A DNA stretch of 64,000 bases from Felis catus (taxonomy: Eukaryota): contig NC_058383.1 of the NCBI RefSeq assembly GCF_018350175.1, forward strand, positions 23,810,001 through 23,874,000. Reading direction: 5' to 3'. A model generated the notes under the pieces. That model worked only from the letters and a program-made list of their open reading frames with translations. It did no database searches and was not told the origin of the DNA. This document shows positions 1-13,431 of this stretch, one piece after another. Within the stretch, counting starts at the first letter, position 1. Every line of letters starts with the position of its first letter. The position numbers and the translations under genes are program-made.

Positions 1-118
1 CCTATAAAAAGCAGAGGCCACTGTCTCAGTTTCTCAGCCAGAACTGTTGCATTGCCCCTGCTCTTAGGAGCCTGAGGGAATTCGGGCAGGGCCCCAAGAA
101 CCAGGCTGAGTCACTTAC

Positions 119-156
119 GTCCTGAAGCACTCCCTCATAGCTCCGCGGCCAAAGGG
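119..156 (-). CDS. EEF2K: EEF2K exon 5 (PFGRGAMRECFRT, alpha-kinase glycine-rich region)
   Basis: Minus strand reads tttcag|CCCTTTGGCCGCGGAGCTATGAGGGAGTGCTTCAGGAC|gtaagt; 38 nt, in frame with exon 4. The next acceptor (ctttttatag|G) is at positions 3-1, so exon 6 starts at position 1 and continues outside the window. Confidence 0.96.
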
Positions 157-469
157 CTGAAAGACACCACACAGAGGGTTATCAGTCCCCATGCCCCACC
201 CAAAAGCAATCCTGAGTCAGGAAGAGATTTTCCCCTTGGACATCACCCACCAAATGAATGCCTGGACCTCATCTCAATCCTAAAATCCCTGGGCCCTCCC
301 TCCTTCACCCCAGCACTAACGCCCGACTGAACTTTCAGCCTGGAGGCTTCGGGGGTGACAAGGCCACCCTCCTCCTACCCTCAATGAGGGGAAGAACCCC
401 CAGGGGGTGAAGACGTTATGCGGGAGACAATGCACGTTAAAGAATTTTTTGCAGCCCTGCTTTTCCGTT

Positions 470-1380
470 TTCTGTACCAGGAAAAGAGTGGAAACAACCT
501 AAATGTCCATTAACAGTGTGATGGATAAACCCATCAGGTCTACCCTACTTGGTGGAATACTACCGGCGACGAGAATGAATATATTCTATTGTTCTCTTCT
601 ATTCTATGAAACATAGAGCTGGCCAAAACGTGTACGAACATCACAGATGCAATGCTGAGCAGAAGGAGCCACACTCAAAAGAATACACCCTGCGTGGCTC
701 CATTTATAGGAAATACACAAATACGTGAAACGAATCCAGGGAGATAGGTTCGGGATTGGTGCTCACTGTTGGGGTAAAGGAGTAGTGACTGGGGTGCAGG
801 TGGGCTTCAGGGGCTGCTCGTTATGTGCTGTGTTGACTTTGTGAAACTCATCAAGCCATACCCTTTCCTGAGTGTGTAATAGTCTAAAAACAGTTTTGCA
901 AAACCATCCTCCCCCTGACAATGGAGGAAGTGCTCTATTTTCTAGTCTATTCCTTTTTTTTTTTTTACCCCCCCCCCAAAGGATGATTGCAAGCCACTTT
1001 TTACAGCTTAGGTTTAGGTGGTGGCCTGTAATTTCTGAAAACTGACATACACATCTACAGTCAACTGATTTTCGACAAGAGTGCCAAGGATCGTCTTTTG
1101 ATATATGATCAATATATAAAATGTCCAGAATAGGCTAATTCTACAGCGATGAGAGAAGATTAGTGGTTGCCCAGGGCTGGGGGAGCTGAAGAGATGGGGG
1201 GCTGGCTGCTGTTGGGTAAGCACAGGGTTTCTTTTAGAGATGGTGAAATGTTCTGGAATCGTGGTGATGGCTGGATAACTCTGTGACTACATTATATAAA
1301 CCACTGAACCATACACTTTAAAGTGGGTATGCAGCATAGTGTGTGAATTCTATCTCAATAAAACTGTTATAAAAAATGAA
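470..1380 (+). mobile_element. Old L1 (L1M-type) 3' end fragments
   Basis: Typical L1 3'UTR phrases (ggaaacaacctaaatgtcca, ttagtggttgcccagggctgggg, gtgaattctatctcaataaa); interrupted. Confidence 0.7.
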
Positions 1381-1515
1381 ATAAGTACACAACAATATAA
1401 AGAATGCCCCGAAGTAAAAACAATAGTGAGTGTAAAGGGGAGGGAACAGGGACAGAAGTCCACTCACGAAGAATCCCCACTCAGCCCTGTCGTCACTGGG
1501 ATGGGGACAGCTCAC

Positions 1516-1576
1516 CTGAGATGCCATCTTGATCAGAACTTCATCTTGTAGCCACTCCCCAGTGACAGCATTGTAC
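1516..1576 (-). CDS. EEF2K: EEF2K exon 4 ((R)YNAVTGEWLQDEVLIKMASQ)
   Basis: ctctgcag|GTACAAT...TCTCAG|gtgag; 61 nt; phase fits exons 3 and 5; peptide is visible in ORF 1318..1614. Confidence 0.97.
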
Positions 1577-2030
1577 CTGCAGAGAGAGCCACCCCAGGGC
1601 ACAGCGTCTGTCACGTGATCCTATTACTGGTCTTGGGATCAAGACCACTTAACCCATAGGCCCAGCTGACCTCCTAGGTCGGGTCTGTGGACGCCCTCCC
1701 TTTGGCCTCCCTGTGGCCTCCTTCCCTTTTCTCTCCAATGTGTTGCTGGGCACTTTTTGTGCTGTGGGTGGGCTCGTTCCCCATCTGGCTCCCCTGCTGG
1801 ACTGTAACTCCCCAAAGGCAGGTCCATGTCCATTTTCTTTACTGCAGGGCCTGGTGCAGGTGGAGCCTTAATAAATGCATGTTGGATGAACTGACAGAAA
1901 AAATAAATATCCTTGTTTTAGCCTGTCTACACAACAAATGGCGTGTTCCAGGACAGGAAGTGCCCTTGATCTTGACGACACCTGTGTGAGGCTCAGCCAG
2001 GTAGCTGGGCCTGTGTCCCGGTATAGGCAG

Positions 2031-2033
<3 letters not shown>

Positions 2034-2085
<52 letters not shown>
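2034..2085. repeat. (TG)n microsatellite
   Basis: Perfect TG run of about 26 units. Confidence 0.97.
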
Positions 2086-2087
<2 letters not shown>

Positions 2088-2571
2088 GGGGTGGGGAAGC
2101 TGCAGGAGGACACCCACGGCAGAGACAGAGAAGATTCTCGAACATTTTCATCTCTCCTTTTTCAGGAATCCTCTTTCCTGCAGCAAACCTGCCTCTGGGC
2201 CTGGCTGGGCCTCAAATAGATTTGCCTGGTAGAGAGCTCCTCAGCTCAGTAAACCCCTAAATTCTAAAACCTCCCCTTAGGGCTGAGGTGTTCTTAGCTC
2301 TAGCAGAGGCCTCCCTGGCCCACCCTTCATCAGGACAGACTTGGAGGAGAGAACAGGCTTCTCAGAGCCTGAAACCTCCATGGGGAAAGACAAGCCTGGC
2401 AGGCAACCTCTCCTGGAGCTGGGGGAAGGGATGCTGGCTAGAGCTGCAACTTACTTGCAACCCGTCTGCGGCAAGTACCGTGCCCAATAAATAACGATTA
2501 TTACTATTACTGTGTAGAGACCAAGGTAAAGGAAACAGTCTACTCTCACTTCCAAATAAGACTGAAGACTG

Positions 2572-2800
2572 AGGGTGCCAGGGTGGCTCAGTCGGTTAAG
2601 CATCTGACTCTTGATTTCGGCTTTGGTCATGAGCTCACAGCTCGTGAGTTCGAGCCCCGCATGAGGGGGCTGTGTTCAGTGAGGGGCAGGCTTGGGATTC
2701 TCTCTCCCTCTCTCTCTGCCCTTCCCTGGCTCATACTCTCTCTTTCTCTCTCTCAAAAATAGATAAGTAGACTTAAAAAAAAAAAAAACAAAAAAACAAA
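2572..2800 (+). mobile_element. Carnivore SINE (Can-SINE/SINEC)
   Basis: tRNA-like head (gggtggctcagtcggttaag, gttcgagccc), (CT)n region and A-rich tail; flanked by the repeat actgaag. Confidence 0.9.
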
Positions 2801-4969
2801 ACACTGAAGGCTGAGAGGCACCTAGAAGTTGAGGGAGAGGGGAGATATGGGATGTCAGAAGGATCTCATTTGTTCTTCACAACCATTGACGGCATAAAGG
2901 TCAGAGTTGCTCAAAGTTCACTGAGCATTCACTATCTGTGGGGCGTTTAAACAGATCTCTTCAATTAAACTCCACAGCACCTCTGTGAGATTGGCACAAT
3001 TATTGTGCCCATTTTCCAGGTGGGGAAACCGAGGCTCAGAGAGGTGAGGAACTTGCCAGAGAGCCAGGATCAGACCCAGGTCAGTTTCAGCTGGAACTCT
3101 GCTCTTAACCGGCCTTAGTGAACAGGGAATCTGTCCCAATAAAGAGGTAGCCTGCACCAGCACTCTTGAAAAACCAGGAATAGAGGAGGAAGCCTTCCAG
3201 TTTAGAAACTGCCCAGAGACTCCAGCCATCAATGCCTGAGCTCCCTCTGCCAGCAGTCACTTCAGTTAGGAAACAAACAGTTTGGCCTGGTCCCTGGTCC
3301 CCAAGGAGCTCTGGGACACACAGAGCCGGCCCAGCATGTGCGGCCTGTGTTCCCAGGGGTTTCCCTGGGTCACCTGGTGTCTTCAGCCTGGAGGCTATGT
3401 GTCACCAACCAGTCACCACTAGCCTTATAGGCAGGGAGGAACAGAGTCCATACCCTGCCCTACTAGGGTCCCCACAATGCTGACCTTGGCTGCCAGCACA
3501 GCCCCCAGTGCCTGATAGGAAGTGGGCCTCCAGTGGTAGGGAGGAAGGGCATGCCAGGCTCAGAGCCATCTCCTCACAGGGTGGGAGCAGGGACACGGTG
3601 CAGAAAGACATAAAGGGCTACGTTGTTTCTGCCTGCCTGTGTGGTATGTGATCTAGACATACCAGAATCAGAGCAAAGCTCCCTGGCACAAGACTGGTTC
3701 AGAGAAGGCCATATAACCAAAGCCAGGCCAATGGCATTCCATTATGGAACTTTTGTTTAAAAAAATTCACGAAAGAAAAGATGCTCTTCTGTTGGGTAAA
3801 ATGAAATGTGAGGCTCTCAGGGAATATCTGTTCCACTGATATAAGAAAGTCTATCTGAGGTCAAAGTGCAACGCATCCTTGGAGCATCTGGAACCAGCCA
3901 TGCCCGAAGTCCACATGCATGAGCCAAACATCCCCTTCCATGCTTAATGCTGTGAATTGGGTTTCTGTCACCTACATTTGAAACAGTGTTCTGACTAACT
4001 GAAAGACACTGAACTGAGAGTCAGAAAGTTAGCTTATTAACTACCTAGGTGACCGTGGGCAAACCTCTATTTCCCCCGGGAAAATTATGGGAAGTCAGGG
4101 TGTTGGCTTAGAGGATTCAGACTGGAGGGGTCCACAGAGGTCACGGGATGGGGTGGGGTGGGGAGCCGGGCTCCAGGGCAGGTCCAGGGCCCTCTAATAT
4201 TATGAACAAAATTAGACATATGTGTGCAACTTTCTGAGATGACTCTCATCAGATTTTCAGTGTAGTCCCAAATGCTTGACATGATTCATATTCCAGGCTT
4301 TTTTATAAGTAAATACATATAGAGGACTTCAACCAGTGCCTGACACATGGATTTGATACATAAGGGCTACTGTTGTCATAGTTATCTGGTGGTAGTCTGT
4401 GGTTTTTGCTATTTTCTTTCTTCTTGATACCCCCAGAAATAACTCTTCTCTCCCCCTGACTTTTCAAATAGGAAATCTATATGCTCATAGCTCTATTTTG
4501 TTAATCTTCCTGGGACCAAGTCATCAAAAAGCTGGCATGCTATTTCCATGCATTCTCCTTCCCTTTGGTGGCAACTGTAGGGACCACGTGCTGGGGCAGT
4601 GGAACCACAAGACGGGAGTCGCCTGGATCCCTGAGCAGCCCCAGGGTCCCGGAGCTCTCACCCAGTTTTACTCAAGTGAGAAGTACACCTTTGCTGCATT
4701 GAGCCCCAAACATATTTGTTACAGCAGCATGTTCAGCCTTGCCTGACGAATACATACATTACAGGACCACACTGAAGATGAGATGAGATAATGCACAGCA
4801 CCATAAGCACGCATAAATGCTCAAATACTGGCAGATACTATCATTATGTCCTTCTCCTTGACCTCCAAGGGTATGTAGGCCTCACTGATTATGAGCAGAA
4901 GCAGGACCCATACCCCCAAGGACTCCTTGAGGCCTGGGGCCATAGAGCACACCCAGATGAGCTGCCAAC

Positions 4970-5070
4970 CTGTGACGTGTGGCACATTCTGTGGCAATAT
5001 CCTCCAGGTGGAACTCGGCCCAGGGGTCAGGCATGTGCTTGGCCTTCTCAATCGCATGCTTCCAAGCTTC
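4970..5070 (-). CDS. EEF2K: EEF2K exon 3 (EAWKHAIEKAKHMPDPWAEFHLEDIATECATRHR; calmodulin-binding region)
   Basis: ttttgcag|GAAGCTTGG...CGTCACAG|gttggc; 101 nt; recognisable eEF2K calmodulin-targeting motif with W85 and the HMPDPW segment. Confidence 0.97.
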
Positions 5071-5316
5071 CTGCAAAAGGCAAAGGGAAGTGTTAGACCA
5101 GGGCCTTCTGGGGCAGGGCTGTCTAGCCACCTCCCACCCTATGATTTCCTAGATGTCTCCCACCTCTGGGGAGGCAGACAGCATCAGTAGTCTCAGAGAG
5201 AGACTGTACTCAGAGAGAGATGTACTCCCAGCTATCATCCTTTGGGAACCAAGTTCCCAAAAGACCCTATTTTTTCTCAAGCGGGCATGGCCTTCCTGTG
5301 GGCAGAAGTGACATAT

Positions 5317-5346
5317 CTTTTTTTTTTTTTAATTAAGTTTATTTAT

Positions 5347-5399
<53 letters not shown>

Positions 5400-5510
5400 C
5401 CTAAGCAGGCACAGAGGCTGACACAGGGCTCAAGCTCATGAACCATGATATCATGACCTGAGCTGAAATCAAGAGTCGGATACTTAACCAACCGAGCCAC
5501 CCAGGCACCC
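5317..5510 (-). mobile_element. Carnivore SINE
   Basis: Poly-T, (AG)n and reverse tRNA-like head. Confidence 0.9.
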
Positions 5511-6424
5511 GAGAAGTAACATATCTTAACCATGAAACCAAAGAAGAAACACAATACAAAGAGGAAAACACACACTGCTTCACCTGCAACCAAAAAGTTG
5601 AAAATAAAAATAAGACACCAATCCCCTTCTCCCCCCTTGTTCGGACTGGCAAGCATTTTAATGGCTGCTAATAATTAGTGCGGGCCAGTATGTAGGGGAA
5701 ACAGGTGCCCTCACATATGGTTAATGGTCTAAACGTCTTCTTAAGGCAACCTGGCAATGTACTGAGATGAAAAACTATGAATTCCTTTATTCTGACCCAG
5801 AAATTTTACATCGAGAAATGTGTCCTAGAGAAATACAAACACAAACCTGCAAACGTATATATACAAAGCGTCGCTGTGTGCAAAACCAAATCCAACCCAA
5901 ATGTCCATCCGTGGGGACTGGTTAAATGTATTTTGGTTTTATCCACTTAAAATGCTTAACAGCCCTTCCAAGTGACTGCACTTACCTACTGGTGGGAATC
6001 GTGGACCCTATCAGGGCCAACGTCACCTTTTTATAAATACTGTATAAATCATAAATATGCCCCATTTTACCACCCTAAATGAAAATCATAGACAACATAA
6101 CCTTCCTAAACTCAGAATATCTCCAACCATGCCAAAGATATGTTGCCTTTATGTAAACACTGTGCTAAGTTCTGGGCTCAGACATTCCAAGGTCCTGGGG
6201 ATGCAGGAAAATTCATTGCACAGAACTGTTCTACCCATTTCAAACTTTTACCATCCATACCCTCCACCTTTTCAATGCCTTAGTGCCCCTGAATCATTGT
6301 GGGGACCAAAAATGTCCCCCCAAACTTTTAAAACCTGTCGAGAAACAGGGCTTTTGGGTACTCACTGGGAAGGATGATATTATGGAGATAAGGCTGATTC
6401 TCAACAGTATCATGACACAACCCT

Positions 6425-6470
6425 GTTTTTTGTTTTATTTTTTTAATTAAAAAAAACCATTTACTTATTT

Positions 6471-6506
<36 letters not shown>

Positions 6507-6805
6507 CAAGTGGGGGAGGGGCAGAGAGAGAGGGTCACACAGAATCCAAAGCAGGTTCCAGGCTCTGAGTTGTCAGCACAGAGCCTGACATGGGGTTCAA
6601 ACCCACGAACTGTGAGATCATGACCTGTGCCAAAGTCAGACGCTTAACCAACTGAGCCACTCAGGCACCCCTTGTTTTTTGTTTTAAAAACCTCATTTTA
6701 TGGGCACCTGGCTGGCTCAGTCAGTACAGCGTGTGAGTCTTGATCTCAGGGGTTGTGGATTTGAGCCCCACACTGGGTGCAGAGATTACTTTAAAAAATA
6801 ATAGT
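6425..6805. mobile_element. Two carnivore SINEs (minus ~6425-6671; short plus ~6702-6805)
   Basis: SINE heads and tails visible in opposite orientations. Confidence 0.85.
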
Positions 6806-7184
6806 AAAAAGCTCATTTTATTGCTTTTATAATCCCAAGGTGGAATCCTTTCCTGTCTCTTCCAAACACTCCTCCACCCACACCGGGTAGCAATCCCTTC
6901 TCCCTTTCTCTGAAGAAACTGAAGCTCTGCCCTGCAGCCTCTTTACGAATCGGTGAGACCAAAACTCCTTCCCAGGCCAGAGGCTTGAGCCACAGGGAGG
7001 GTGCTGGATGGTGGCCTGAACACTGTGTGTGGAACAGCAACTCTAGATTTCCTCACCCACCATCAGTACCCCTCAGCCACTGGGACCAGCTCAGCATCCC
7101 ATGGACTCAGGCCCAAACAGGACAACACCCCAAGCATGGCCCCTGTCTGAGCCTCATGGCTGGGATCCTGCTCTGAGGAGAAAG

Positions 7185-7203
7185 GCGCACACGCGCGCGC
7201 GCG

Positions 7204-7254
<51 letters not shown>

Positions 7255-7255
7255 G
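7185..7255. repeat. Compound (CG)10(CA)20 microsatellite
   Basis: Directly visible; uninterrupted purine/pyrimidine alternation. Confidence 0.97.
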
Positions 7256-8140
7256 GGGGCCGAACAGGCCAGGGCTCCCTCTCTGCAAAGTCCAAAAATC
7301 AAGGCCAGAATTTCTTTCTTCCAATTTGGAAGCTAACTCATGCTTAACAAAAACGTTAGAAAACAGAGAAGACAAAATTCCAATCTACCACATGTCGCCC
7401 ACCCAGAGCAACGATCGTCAATGCTTCAGATGTGTTCTTTTCCAGATCCTTCCCATGCATGTTTTGTAAGACTGGAATCACACTGTAAATACAATTTACA
7501 GCCTTTCAGGAGAGTGGGCCAATGAGACATGGTACTTTATCTAGTGATCTGGATTCTCTTCTGGATTCCAAATGTCTGATCTGCTTACTGTAAAAAACCG
7601 CAGGGACTACAGAATGTGAAGTAGAAAGTGGAAGTTCTTTCTGACCTGTTGCTCTGAAAACCACAGTTGACAGCTGATGTAGACAGTCTGCAAGTTTGTT
7701 CTGACGCATTTGTTAACACATGAATTTAGCATCGGGTCAGGGCCTCCTGTTCCGTTCTGCACCTTACTTTTCTCCACTTACCACAGGGCCTTGGACGTCT
7801 TTCCATGCCATTTGTACAGGCAGGCTCGGTTGACCCATTTCCCTTCTATAGTTCTAAGACATATAATGTATAAATGTACCTTAAGATATTTCTCCAACCT
7901 CAGTGGATGGATATTTGTAATATTTGTATTCTCTCCAATAATTCCTAGTACAGACAGTCCTGAAGTGAACACCCTCGCATCTAAATCTTTATGCGATTGT
8001 GCAAGATCTCGGTAGGACATATTTCTTGGAAGTGTAATTGCTGGATCACATTTAAAACGTACAAGTTTGGAGTTCTCCTCCAAAAAGTTTCTCCAAAATT
8101 ATACTCTAAGAGGCTGAGGACACATCACTTACATTTAAAA

Positions 8141-8363
8141 ATTTTTTTTTCATGTTTATTTTTTTCTGAGGCAGATAGTAAAAGACAGAGTGTGAGCAGG
8201 GGAGGGGCAGAGAGAGACACACACACACACATAGACTCCGAAGCAGGCTCCAGGCTCTGAGCTGTCAGCACAGAGCCTGATGCAGGGCTGGAACTCATGA
8301 ACCGCAAGATCATGACCTGAGCCAAAGTCCGACGCCCAACCGACTAAGCCACCCAGGCGCCCC
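8141..8363 (-). mobile_element. Carnivore SINE
   Basis: Full head and tail; flanking repeat tcacttacattt. Confidence 0.9.
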
Positions 8364-8815
8364 CTGCACGTCACTTACATTTTTAAACACAAACGTGACA
8401 TCATGAATTTACAAGTTAGCTGTAACAGCTAAGTAATCCATTGTATGGGTTTGTCATTATTGACTTAACCATTCACCTGTGGATCTCCACTGTCAGACTT
8501 TGAGCTTGTTACTCTTGTTCTTCCCTGTTATAAATAACCCAGCAGCAGACATGTTTGTAATTAAAACAGTTCCTGAATCTCTGTAGTTAACAAAAAAGGG
8601 CCACTGTCCCTCTCATATTCCAGCTGCTGTGAATAGAAGAGATAGACTCTGACCCCTGCCTGTCAAGGAACCTACAGTGTTCTGAGCCTGTCTGGACAAG
8701 TGCCCCATTCCCTACCTGCGACACATGCCTCTCCAACTGCGCCTCTCTTAACTGGTGACTCAAATGCTCCCCCAATTCTCCATTCAATGAGGAGTATTAA
8801 CAGAAACTATCTCCT

Positions 8816-9010
8816 GGGGGCACCTTGGTGGCTCAGTCGGTTTAAACGTCCAGCTTTGGCACTTTGGCTCAGGTCAATGATCTTGTGGTTTGTGAGTTGG
8901 AGCCCCACATTGGGCTCTGCACTGATGGCTCAGAGCTGCTTTACATACTCTGTCTCCCTCTCTCTCTGCCCCTCTCGCCGCTCTCAAAAATAAATAAGAA
9001 TTAAAAAAAA
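8816..9010 (+). mobile_element. Carnivore SINE
   Basis: Head ggggcaccttggtggctcagtcgg, tail aaaataaataa. Confidence 0.85.
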
Positions 9011-9372
9011 TTTCCTCCTGGTTAGAGGCTATGGCTCCAACTGAAAAAATAGTCTAGAAAAAAAGTATTTCAGAATTTGAGGGCACGTTATTTCACAGGA
9101 TCAAAACGAACTTTTTTTCCAAACCCAGAAAAGAATCACGCCACACCTTGTTGGCAACAGATGGGTTTAGTGCAACTAACTTTTTTTTAAAAGCACAATA
9201 TAAAAGGTCTTGTACTAAGCTCTATTCCCTGGACTCTGGTTCCTACCCATGGCTGACTAACTGGGGGAACCTCCATTTCCTTGTTTACAAAAGACAGTGA
9301 AGAATGTTTTGACTCCTAGTGGCCAACTTTTTTCCTGGGGTAGACACAGTCTCTTCAGAAATAGCAAGTGGC

Positions 9373-9536
9373 AGGGCGCCTGGGTGGCTCAGTCAGCTGG
9401 GCAACCAACTTCACTCAGATCGTGATCTCACAGATCGTGAGTTCGAGCCCCGCATCGGGCTGTGTGCTGACAGCTCAGAGCCTGGAGCCTGCTTCAGATT
9501 CTGTGTCTCCCTCCCTCTCTGCCCCTCCCCCACTCA

Positions 9537-9585
<49 letters not shown>

Positions 9586-10096
9586 TCAAGAACAAATAAA
9601 CATTAAAAAAAATTTTTTTTTTAATAAAAAAAAAAGAAATAGCAAGTGGCTCACTGGGGCACCTGGGTGGCTCAGTTGGTTAAGCCTCCAACTCTTGGTT
9701 TCGGCTCAGGTCATGATCTCATGGTTCATGCGTTCAAACCCCACATCAGGCTCTCTTCTGTTAACACAGAGCCCGGTTCAGATTCTCTGTTCCCCTCTCC
9801 CGCTGCCCCTCCCCCACGCGTGCACAGGCACACTCTCTCTTTCAAAAAAAAAAAATCTTAAAAAAAAGAAAAGAGGGGCGCCTGGGTGGCGCAGTCGGTT
9901 AAGCGTCCGAATTCAGCCAGGTCACGATCTCGCGGTCCGTGAGTTCGAGCCCCGCGTCGGGCTCTGGGCTGATGGCTCGGAGCCTGGAGCCTGTTTCCGA
10001 TTCCGTGTCTCCCTCTCTCTCTGCCCCTCCCCCGTTCATGCTCTGTCTCTCTCTGTCCCAAAAATAAATAAACGTTAAAAAAAAAAAAAGAAAAGA
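9373..10096 (+). mobile_element. Three tandem/nested carnivore SINEs (9373-9634, 9656-9874, 9875-10096)
   Basis: Three heads and tails with recognisable target-site duplications; the third is a young, CpG-intact Felidae-type copy. Confidence 0.93.
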
Positions 10097-11208
10097 AATA
10101 GGGGCTCACTGAGGTTGTCATGCTCATTAAGTTCAACAGCCCTGTAATGAGCTGCAAATCACCGTGTACTATTTTATCCGTCAGGCTAAGAAAAACAGGT
10201 GTTTATGGATGCCTGAGGAATGGGTGCTCTCAGGCACTGAGGGGGTGGAAGCAGGTGCTGCCACCTTTGAGAGGCATCTGCCAGTACCTTCACTGACTTG
10301 TGACCCAGCCACGTGGATCGCCTACTCTGGTGTGCACAGGTGAGTACCCTGAAGATGGGTCCGTGCTTATAATGCTATGTAATGCTCAGGCATTGCCGAC
10401 AACCTGCCTGTCCACAGGGGGATGATTCCATACACCTGGCAGACTAGTATGCAGCCATTAGGAAGATCAAGGTATTGGGATTGGCTGGCTCAGTCGGAAA
10501 AGCATGCAACTCTTGATCTCAGGGGTCGTGGGTTCAAGCTCCATGTTGGGTATAGGAATTACTAAAAAAAAAAAATAAACTTAAAAAAAAACAGATTAAG
10601 ATATTGAATGGACAAAATCTACGACTTATTGTTTAGAAGGTAAAAAGCAAGTTGCTGAATAATGCAAGCAGTATGACACCATTTACTGTGGAGGAAACCC
10701 ACAAATCAGCACTATGGATTTTTTTTTTTAAGTTTATTTACTTATTTTGAGAGAGAGCGTGTGCGTGCAGAGGCGCAGAGAGATGGGGAGAGAGAGAATG
10801 TCAAGCAGGCTCAGCACTGTCAGCATAGGGCTCCGTCCCATGAACTGTGAGATCATGACCTGAGCCAAAATCAAGAGTCAGACGCTTAACCAACTGAGCC
10901 AACAAGTCTCCCCAGCATTATGGATTTCTAAGGATGTGTGTGTCTGTACATATACACATAAGTGTATCTTTATATATAAGTGCATAAAAGAGGTCTGAAA
11001 AGTGTTTTCTACCAAAATGATATAAAATGGTTATCTCTGGGAGATAGGTTTACCTATGTTGTTTGCATTTGTTTACTGCGAGAATATTAACATATTGAAT
11101 ACCCTTCAGGTATTGCACTTACAAGTCAAAGTTAACAAAGATCACTGGGTTAGGTGATTCTTAAGGCCCTGCCAACTCTAGCATTCTCTAGTTCTAAAGA
11201 TGCAAAAA

Positions 11209-11269
11209 AAATAAAATTAAAATAAAATAAAAATAAAATAAAATAAAATAAAATAAAATAAAATAAAAT
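11209..11269. repeat. (AAAAT)n simple repeat
   Basis: Near-perfect pentamer run. Confidence 0.9.
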
Positions 11270-12669
11270 ATCTGAATTCAGTTGTTGGTGCATGATCTTA
11301 CACAGAATGGGCAGGCCAAGGGGATTTCCTAAAAAGGAAAATATAACCCTGCCTAGAGATCAGAAAAAACTTTGGTTCCTCAAAGACTGAGAGTACAAAA
11401 TAAAAATAAATATAATCATAACAAAGTAACAAACAAGAACAACAAATTTCCTGGAATATGCCAGGAGTGGAGCTGGGGTATGTGTTTGCAATTTCTTTGG
11501 CACATAGGATGTTATTACTGTTGGTCCTGTTTTTATATTGCTATTCTTATTATCACCAACACAGCAATCAAGGCCTCTGGATCTTACACGAGGAAGCATC
11601 TTGAAGCTGCCTAAATCCTCCCTGAAACATCAACTGTTCCCCAAGTGGACATTATAAAATTTCTTTTCCCATGTCCCTTTCTGTAGACTCCAAGAACTGT
11701 CTGTAGCTCTGTGTCAGCCTGACTCGCCCCTCCTGGTTGACAGTAAAGGGTTAAACTACACCCAAGGACATATAAAAGAAGCAGGAAGAATTGAGGAAGT
11801 TTGCTTGCTTACTAGGGAAGAGGCCACTTCGCTAGGGAAATGTTATGTGCCTGTCCCACTCTGAACCACATGCATTTAGAGGTTTCATGCAATTTCCGTG
11901 GATCTCAGCACTGGCTATGGCAGCAAAAAACTGGAAACCGTCTAAGTATCCCACAGGAGGAAATGTTTAAAGGAACTGGGGCACATCCAGGCTGCCATGG
12001 AGCCATTAAGAAAAAAAGATGAACTAGATCCACATTTACTAATATGGAAAGATATGCACCATCTCTTGTTTGCCAAGAAAAACTGGTTTCTGAAGACATA
12101 GATACATAATGCAATAAAAGTCCCTATTTATTTAGTCAAGTCTATATTTATAGTGAAATGCAGAAAAGACTAAAATACACACTAAGACCTTAACAGCAAT
12201 TATATCTACACTTTCGCTGTTTTCTGCAAGGAACATGGATTACTTCCATAAGGAATCACACAAGTAACTGCCAAAGAAACATAGCTAAAAGTCCTAAACA
12301 AATCTCTCTGTCAAAAGGAATAGTTGCAGCTGGTCTCCCCCGACCAGTAGGATTCAGAGCCAGGGTTAGAGAAGAAAGGATGGGAAGGATGGAAATAATA
12401 ATCAGCAATGCAGTAACATCCCCGAGGGTGGCATAATGCCCTTGCCCCCTGGAAGCTACCTTCCCAGACAGAATCCCAGCCTGCACCTCATGGCAGTCTT
12501 GTGAAGGGCAGCTAGGCAGGTAGGACAGTTCCCTAGTCTACTGGAGAAAAGCCCAAGGCTCCAAGAGCAAGGAGGTAACTTGCCTATAGACCTGCAGCAG
12601 CCAGGAACCGGCAGACCCCAAACTCAGACCAAGCCCGTCAAGCCCCAAGTTCCCTGCTCTTTTGTAAAA

Positions 12670-13230
12670 AGGAGAGCCAAACGTAGAGTATGACCATGTG
12701 ACCCAGCAATTCACTCCCAGGAGAAATGAACACGCATCCACACAGCAATTCATGTAGCATTATTTGCAAAAGCCAAAAGGGAGAAACCACCCCAAGGCGC
12801 GTCAACAGATGAACAAATAAAATGTGGTATGTCCATGCACTGGGTAGTATTCGGCAATAAATAAATTTATTCGGCAATAAATTCACGCTTCTACATGCAT
12901 GAATCTTGAAAACACTGCAATGAGAAGCCAGACACAAGAGACCCCATGTCACAGAATCCTATTTATATGAAAGGTCCAGAAAAGGCAAATCCATAGAGAC
13001 TGAAAGCAGATTAGTGGTTGCAGGGGTTGGGTGGGATGGGATGCTTGGGGGTTATGGCTGAGAGATAGATGCGGGGTTTCTTTTCAGGGCTAATGAAAAC
13101 GGGCTAAAATTGATTGTGGTGATGTGGATGCAAAATTGAATAACTATACTTAAAGCTGCTGAATTGGACATTTTCAATGGTTAAACTGTATGTTATATGA
13201 ACTATATTTCAATGAAGCTGCTAAAAACAT
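12670..13230 (+). mobile_element. L1M-type 3' end fragment
   Basis: gacccagcaattcactcc ... aaaatgtggtat ... aggcaaatccatagagac ... gaactatatttcaat. Confidence 0.75.
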
Positions 13231-13298
13231 AAAGTAAAATTGAAGAAGGGAGCCCCTGTACCCCAGCACATTTCCATAAAGGATTTGAGCATTTTATA

Positions 13299-13330
<32 letters not shown>

Positions 13331-13331
<1 letters not shown>

Positions 13332-13381
13332 TTAATGTTTATTTATTTTCAGAGAGAGAGAGAGCACACAAGCAGGGAGGG

Positions 13382-13431
<50 letters not shown>

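Noticed and set aside
5986..6334. Possible 349-nt poison exon in EEF2K intron 2 (acceptor at 6336-6335, donor TAG|gtaagt at 5985)
   Set aside because: Such site pairs are common by chance in 16 kb of intron, the region looks repeat-derived, and there is no other support.
9368..10078. 236-aa ORF and many similar 'GAPGWLSRLSV / MGQRETEHERGRG' ORFs
   Set aside because: Translations of SINE sequence that recur at every copy.
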